Assembly (NCBI GenBank): GCA_937124965.1
Contig: CAKZLB010000016.1
Span: 24,712 to 88,711 of the forward strand
Length of the DNA stretch: 64,000 nt
From: an uncultured Bacteroidota bacterium
GTDB lineage: Bacteria; Bacteroidota; Bacteroidia; NS11-12g; UBA9320
Reading direction: 5' to 3'
Below the pieces are notes generated by a model. It saw only the letters and a program-made list of their open reading frames with translations. It was not told the origin of the DNA and searched no databases. The stretch's first letter is position 1, and the number at the start of each line of letters is the position of its first letter. This document shows positions 61,919 through 64,000 of this stretch, one piece after another. The position numbers were made by a program, and so were the translations under genes.

Positions 61919-63468
61919 TACTTTTTATCAATAGCCAAAACCATGGCTACGGCTTTTTTGTCCTGAACATTCACATCAAAATGAATTACGTCATTCGCCT
62001 GATAAGTCACATTTGGTACTAAATATTGATTAAGTACAGCATTTACTTTCTGTGCATACGTGCCAGGAGCAGAGTTAATTGCTTGATTTAAAGCAGCAAC
62101 TTCAATCGGAACTTTACTAACGATGACAACCATTTGATCTGTTGTTCCAACTTCGTCTGCCATTAAAGACTGAGTTCTTGGGAAAAGACGTGTTCCAACA
62201 ATCCCACAATACGGTGAATGCTTTTCTGTATATGGAAAAAGAACATAACTGCTGCCGTCCGTTTCTTCTCCTAACACATATGTATAACATTCGATTGAAT
62301 TGGTTACTTCAATTTTGAAACGAGTTCCTTTCGCTATTGGTGAAATAGTTCTAAAGCTGTTACCATTTGTTTGTTTCAAACGAATGTTTTTCATTGTTTG
62401 GTTGTCAACTAAACCAAAGTCAATAGATAATTTATTCGGATCTTGTTTTATGGCATTGCCCATTGGGTGTAAACCATAAGCCTCTTTCGTAAAGAATTCA
62501 AAGTCAGAATATCGAACCCAACAAAACCCGCGATCTCCCCAATTTGATCCCCAGCTATTCATTATTTGAAACGCTCCTCCTTCGTATGTGTCATCGTAAC
62601 CCATTACGCACATTGCGTGTCCACCGAAACCGCGCATATTTCGATCACTTCGAGATGGTTCCCATAGTTTTCTACCTTGCATGGCGCTCATGAAACTGCC
62701 GCCAACCAACATACCAATTACAACTGGGGCACCTTGTGCAATATTTTGCTTAATCGCAATGAGGTCTGTTCCTCCTTCGTTCTCCCATAGTCGTTCAAAT
62801 CCACGTGTTTTGTACTGAGATGCTAAACTCATTTGACTATTAGTTGGTGTACGTTCACAATCGTACTCGTCGTATTTGAACTCATTGTAAGGCAAAACGC
62901 CTTTTTTATACATCACATCCATAGCTGTATGGATATATGCACCTTGGCAGTTTGGAAGCTTAATTTGGTTATATAGTGATGAGGCACTGAAAGCTACTTG
63001 ATTTCCAGGTTTTCCGGTAGCAATGCTCTGCTGAATAGTCCGTGCCGCATAAGCGCTGCTCCACCCAACACAAGAACCTTGAGATCCTTGGTTTAATCGA
63101 TTTGGACAATATTTTTCAAGACTTACTCGTGAAGGTAATTCGTTTTTATACCCCGCAACTAATGGTTCAAAAATGTCACTTTTATCATACATCTCTTGGC
63201 TCATGTTTAAGCCAGTAGCCAAGCTTGCAGACTCGCTGTCTGGTGAAACCACGATTGGGTTATCTCCTCCACTAAAGATATCCGTAAAAAAGTAGAGGCC
63301 TGCCCCGATGATTAGTAAACCTATTAAAAGCTTCGGTTTCTTTATTAAGAATTTTAGCAAGTGCGGTAAAAAAAGCAAAAGTGCTGGCGGGATACCTCCA
63401 GTTTTACGTCTATTATTATTGTTCTGATTCTTGGGATTTTGTGGATCATCCACCATTCTTATTGGCAT
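61918..63468 (-). CDS. Membrane-anchored papain-like (C1 family) cysteine peptidase.
   Basis: N-terminal TM LLIGLLIIGAGLYFF. Catalytic Cys context QGSQGSCVGWSSAYA. His context GGHAMCVMGYDD. Confidence 0.7.
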   Translation of the reverse strand: MPIRMVDDPQNPKNQNNNNRRKTGGIPPALLLFLPHLLKFLIKKPKLLIGLLIIGAGLYFFTDIFSGGDNPIVVSPDSESASLATGLNMSQEMYDKSDIFEPLVAGYKNELPSRVSLEKYCPNRLNQGSQGSCVGWSSAYAARTIQQSIATGKPGNQVAFSASSLYNQIKLPNCQGAYIHTAMDVMYKKGVLPYNEFKYDEYDCERTPTNSQMSLASQYKTRGFERLWENEGGTDLIAIKQNIAQGAPVVIGMLVGGSFMSAMQGRKLWEPSRSDRNMRGFGGHAMCVMGYDDTYEGGAFQIMNSWGSNWGDRGFCWVRYSDFEFFTKEAYGLHPMGNAIKQDPNKLSIDFGLVDNQTMKNIRLKQTNGNSFRTISPIAKGTRFKIEVTNSIECYTYVLGEETDGSSYVLFPYTEKHSPYCGIVGTRLFPRTQSLMADEVGTTDQMVVIVSKVPIEVAALNQAINSAPGTYAQKVNAVLNQYLVPNVTYQANDVIHFDVNVQDKKAVAMVLAIDKK

Positions 63469-63527
63469 ACTCTCGGAGATTTTTTACGTATGACAAAAAT
63501 ATGAGAAAAATGCAGATTAGATGGACA

Positions 63528-64000
63528 TCACTTCCAAACGTTTACAGAGCCTTTCGCTCGTTTATTATTACCATCACAGCTTTTGTAATCAACCATATAA
63601 ATATAGGTGTCAGCCTCTACAGGTGTTCCTTTATACGTTGCGTCCCATGATTGTGATCCGTCTTCGTTCGAGTCAAATATTTTTTCACCCCAAAGAGTAT
63701 ATACCCTAACTCGATAGTCTGGTTGCGGAATGTAATCGGTAAAAGGGAATAGTTCATTGATTCCATCAACATTTGGACTGAATGCGTTCGGAATAAATAA
63801 CTCATTTGGTAAAGCATTCGGATCAACAGATACGTACACCGTGTCATTTCCGAAACATCCAAATTTATCGTAAACTCTCAAGATGTATTCACCGGAGTCA
63901 CTAACATCAATGGAATGTTTGTCTTGCCCATTACTCCATTCATAAATTTCATATATGTCTGGAACGCTTATATTAGCAAAACTTCTTAAACACAGGGTGG
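63528..64000 (-). CDS. 3' end of a T9SS type-B (CHU_C / gliding-motility C-terminal domain) secreted protein. The 5' part of the gene lies beyond the window edge.
   Basis: C-terminal ...FIPNAFSPNVDGINELF...YIYMVDY...VNVWK. The frame remains open to nt 64000. Confidence 0.7.
   Translation of the reverse strand, partial: TLCLRSFANISVPDIYEIYEWSNGQDKHSIDVSDSGEYILRVYDKFGCFGNDTVYVSVDPNALPNELFIPNAFSPNVDGINELFPFTDYIPQPDYRVRVYTLWGEKIFDSNEDGSQSWDATYKGTPVEADTYIYMVDYKSCDGNNKRAKGSVNVWK

Noticed and set aside
63381-63709. Plus-strand ORFs 63381..63650 and 63521..63709.
   Set aside because: They overlap the C1 peptidase 5' end and the CHU_C-domain gene on the opposite strand, and have no coding signature.

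Overview
This is a 64 kb chromosomal window, AT-rich (roughly 37-40% GC by eye), and by gene content from a Bacteroidetes (Flavobacteriia/Cytophagia-like) genome. Supporting this: a short Bacteroidetes-type primary sigma factor lacking region 1.1, monomeric isocitrate dehydrogenase, T9SS type-A and type-B C-terminal sorting domains, lamin-tail-domain proteins, a BshB1-type deacetylase and TAnnTTTG -7 promoter elements. Most of the window is housekeeping. The recognisable housekeeping genes are partial rpoD, gltX, an ftsB-like gene, icd, fabD, a nif3/Zn-ribbon pair, lpxK, rsmA/ksgA, mgtE, meaB, lipB, lnt, rsmI, uvrA, bshB1, dapF, an ECF sigma/anti-sigma pair next to degP, a beta-CASP MBL RNase, and a PAS histidine kinase with receiver and receiver-HPt partners. 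The standout region is 800-10,700. Directly downstream of rpoD sits a dinD-like gene. It is followed by a 112-bp near-identical ectopic copy of an internal rpoD segment, then a parDE toxin-antitoxin pair whose antitoxin carries an in-frame TAA. After that comes a tightly packed six-gene minus-strand operon. It encodes a long acidic coiled-coil protein, two proteins I cannot assign, a classical (Vps4/meiotic-clade-like) AAA ATPase, a small 2-TM protein and a large polytopic membrane protein. I recognise no characterised system in this operon. It is the best candidate here for an undescribed membrane-associated stress or anti-phage system, possibly ESCRT-III/Vps4-like or TelA-like. A second odd region (57,800-60,690) is about 2.9 kb that is nearly ORF-free. 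It holds two roughly 500-bp direct-repeat copies with a GC-rich, hairpin-rich core, a pseudo-receiver ORF between them and strong intrinsic terminators, suggesting ncRNA genes or a decayed element. I found no rRNA, tRNA or CRISPR array.
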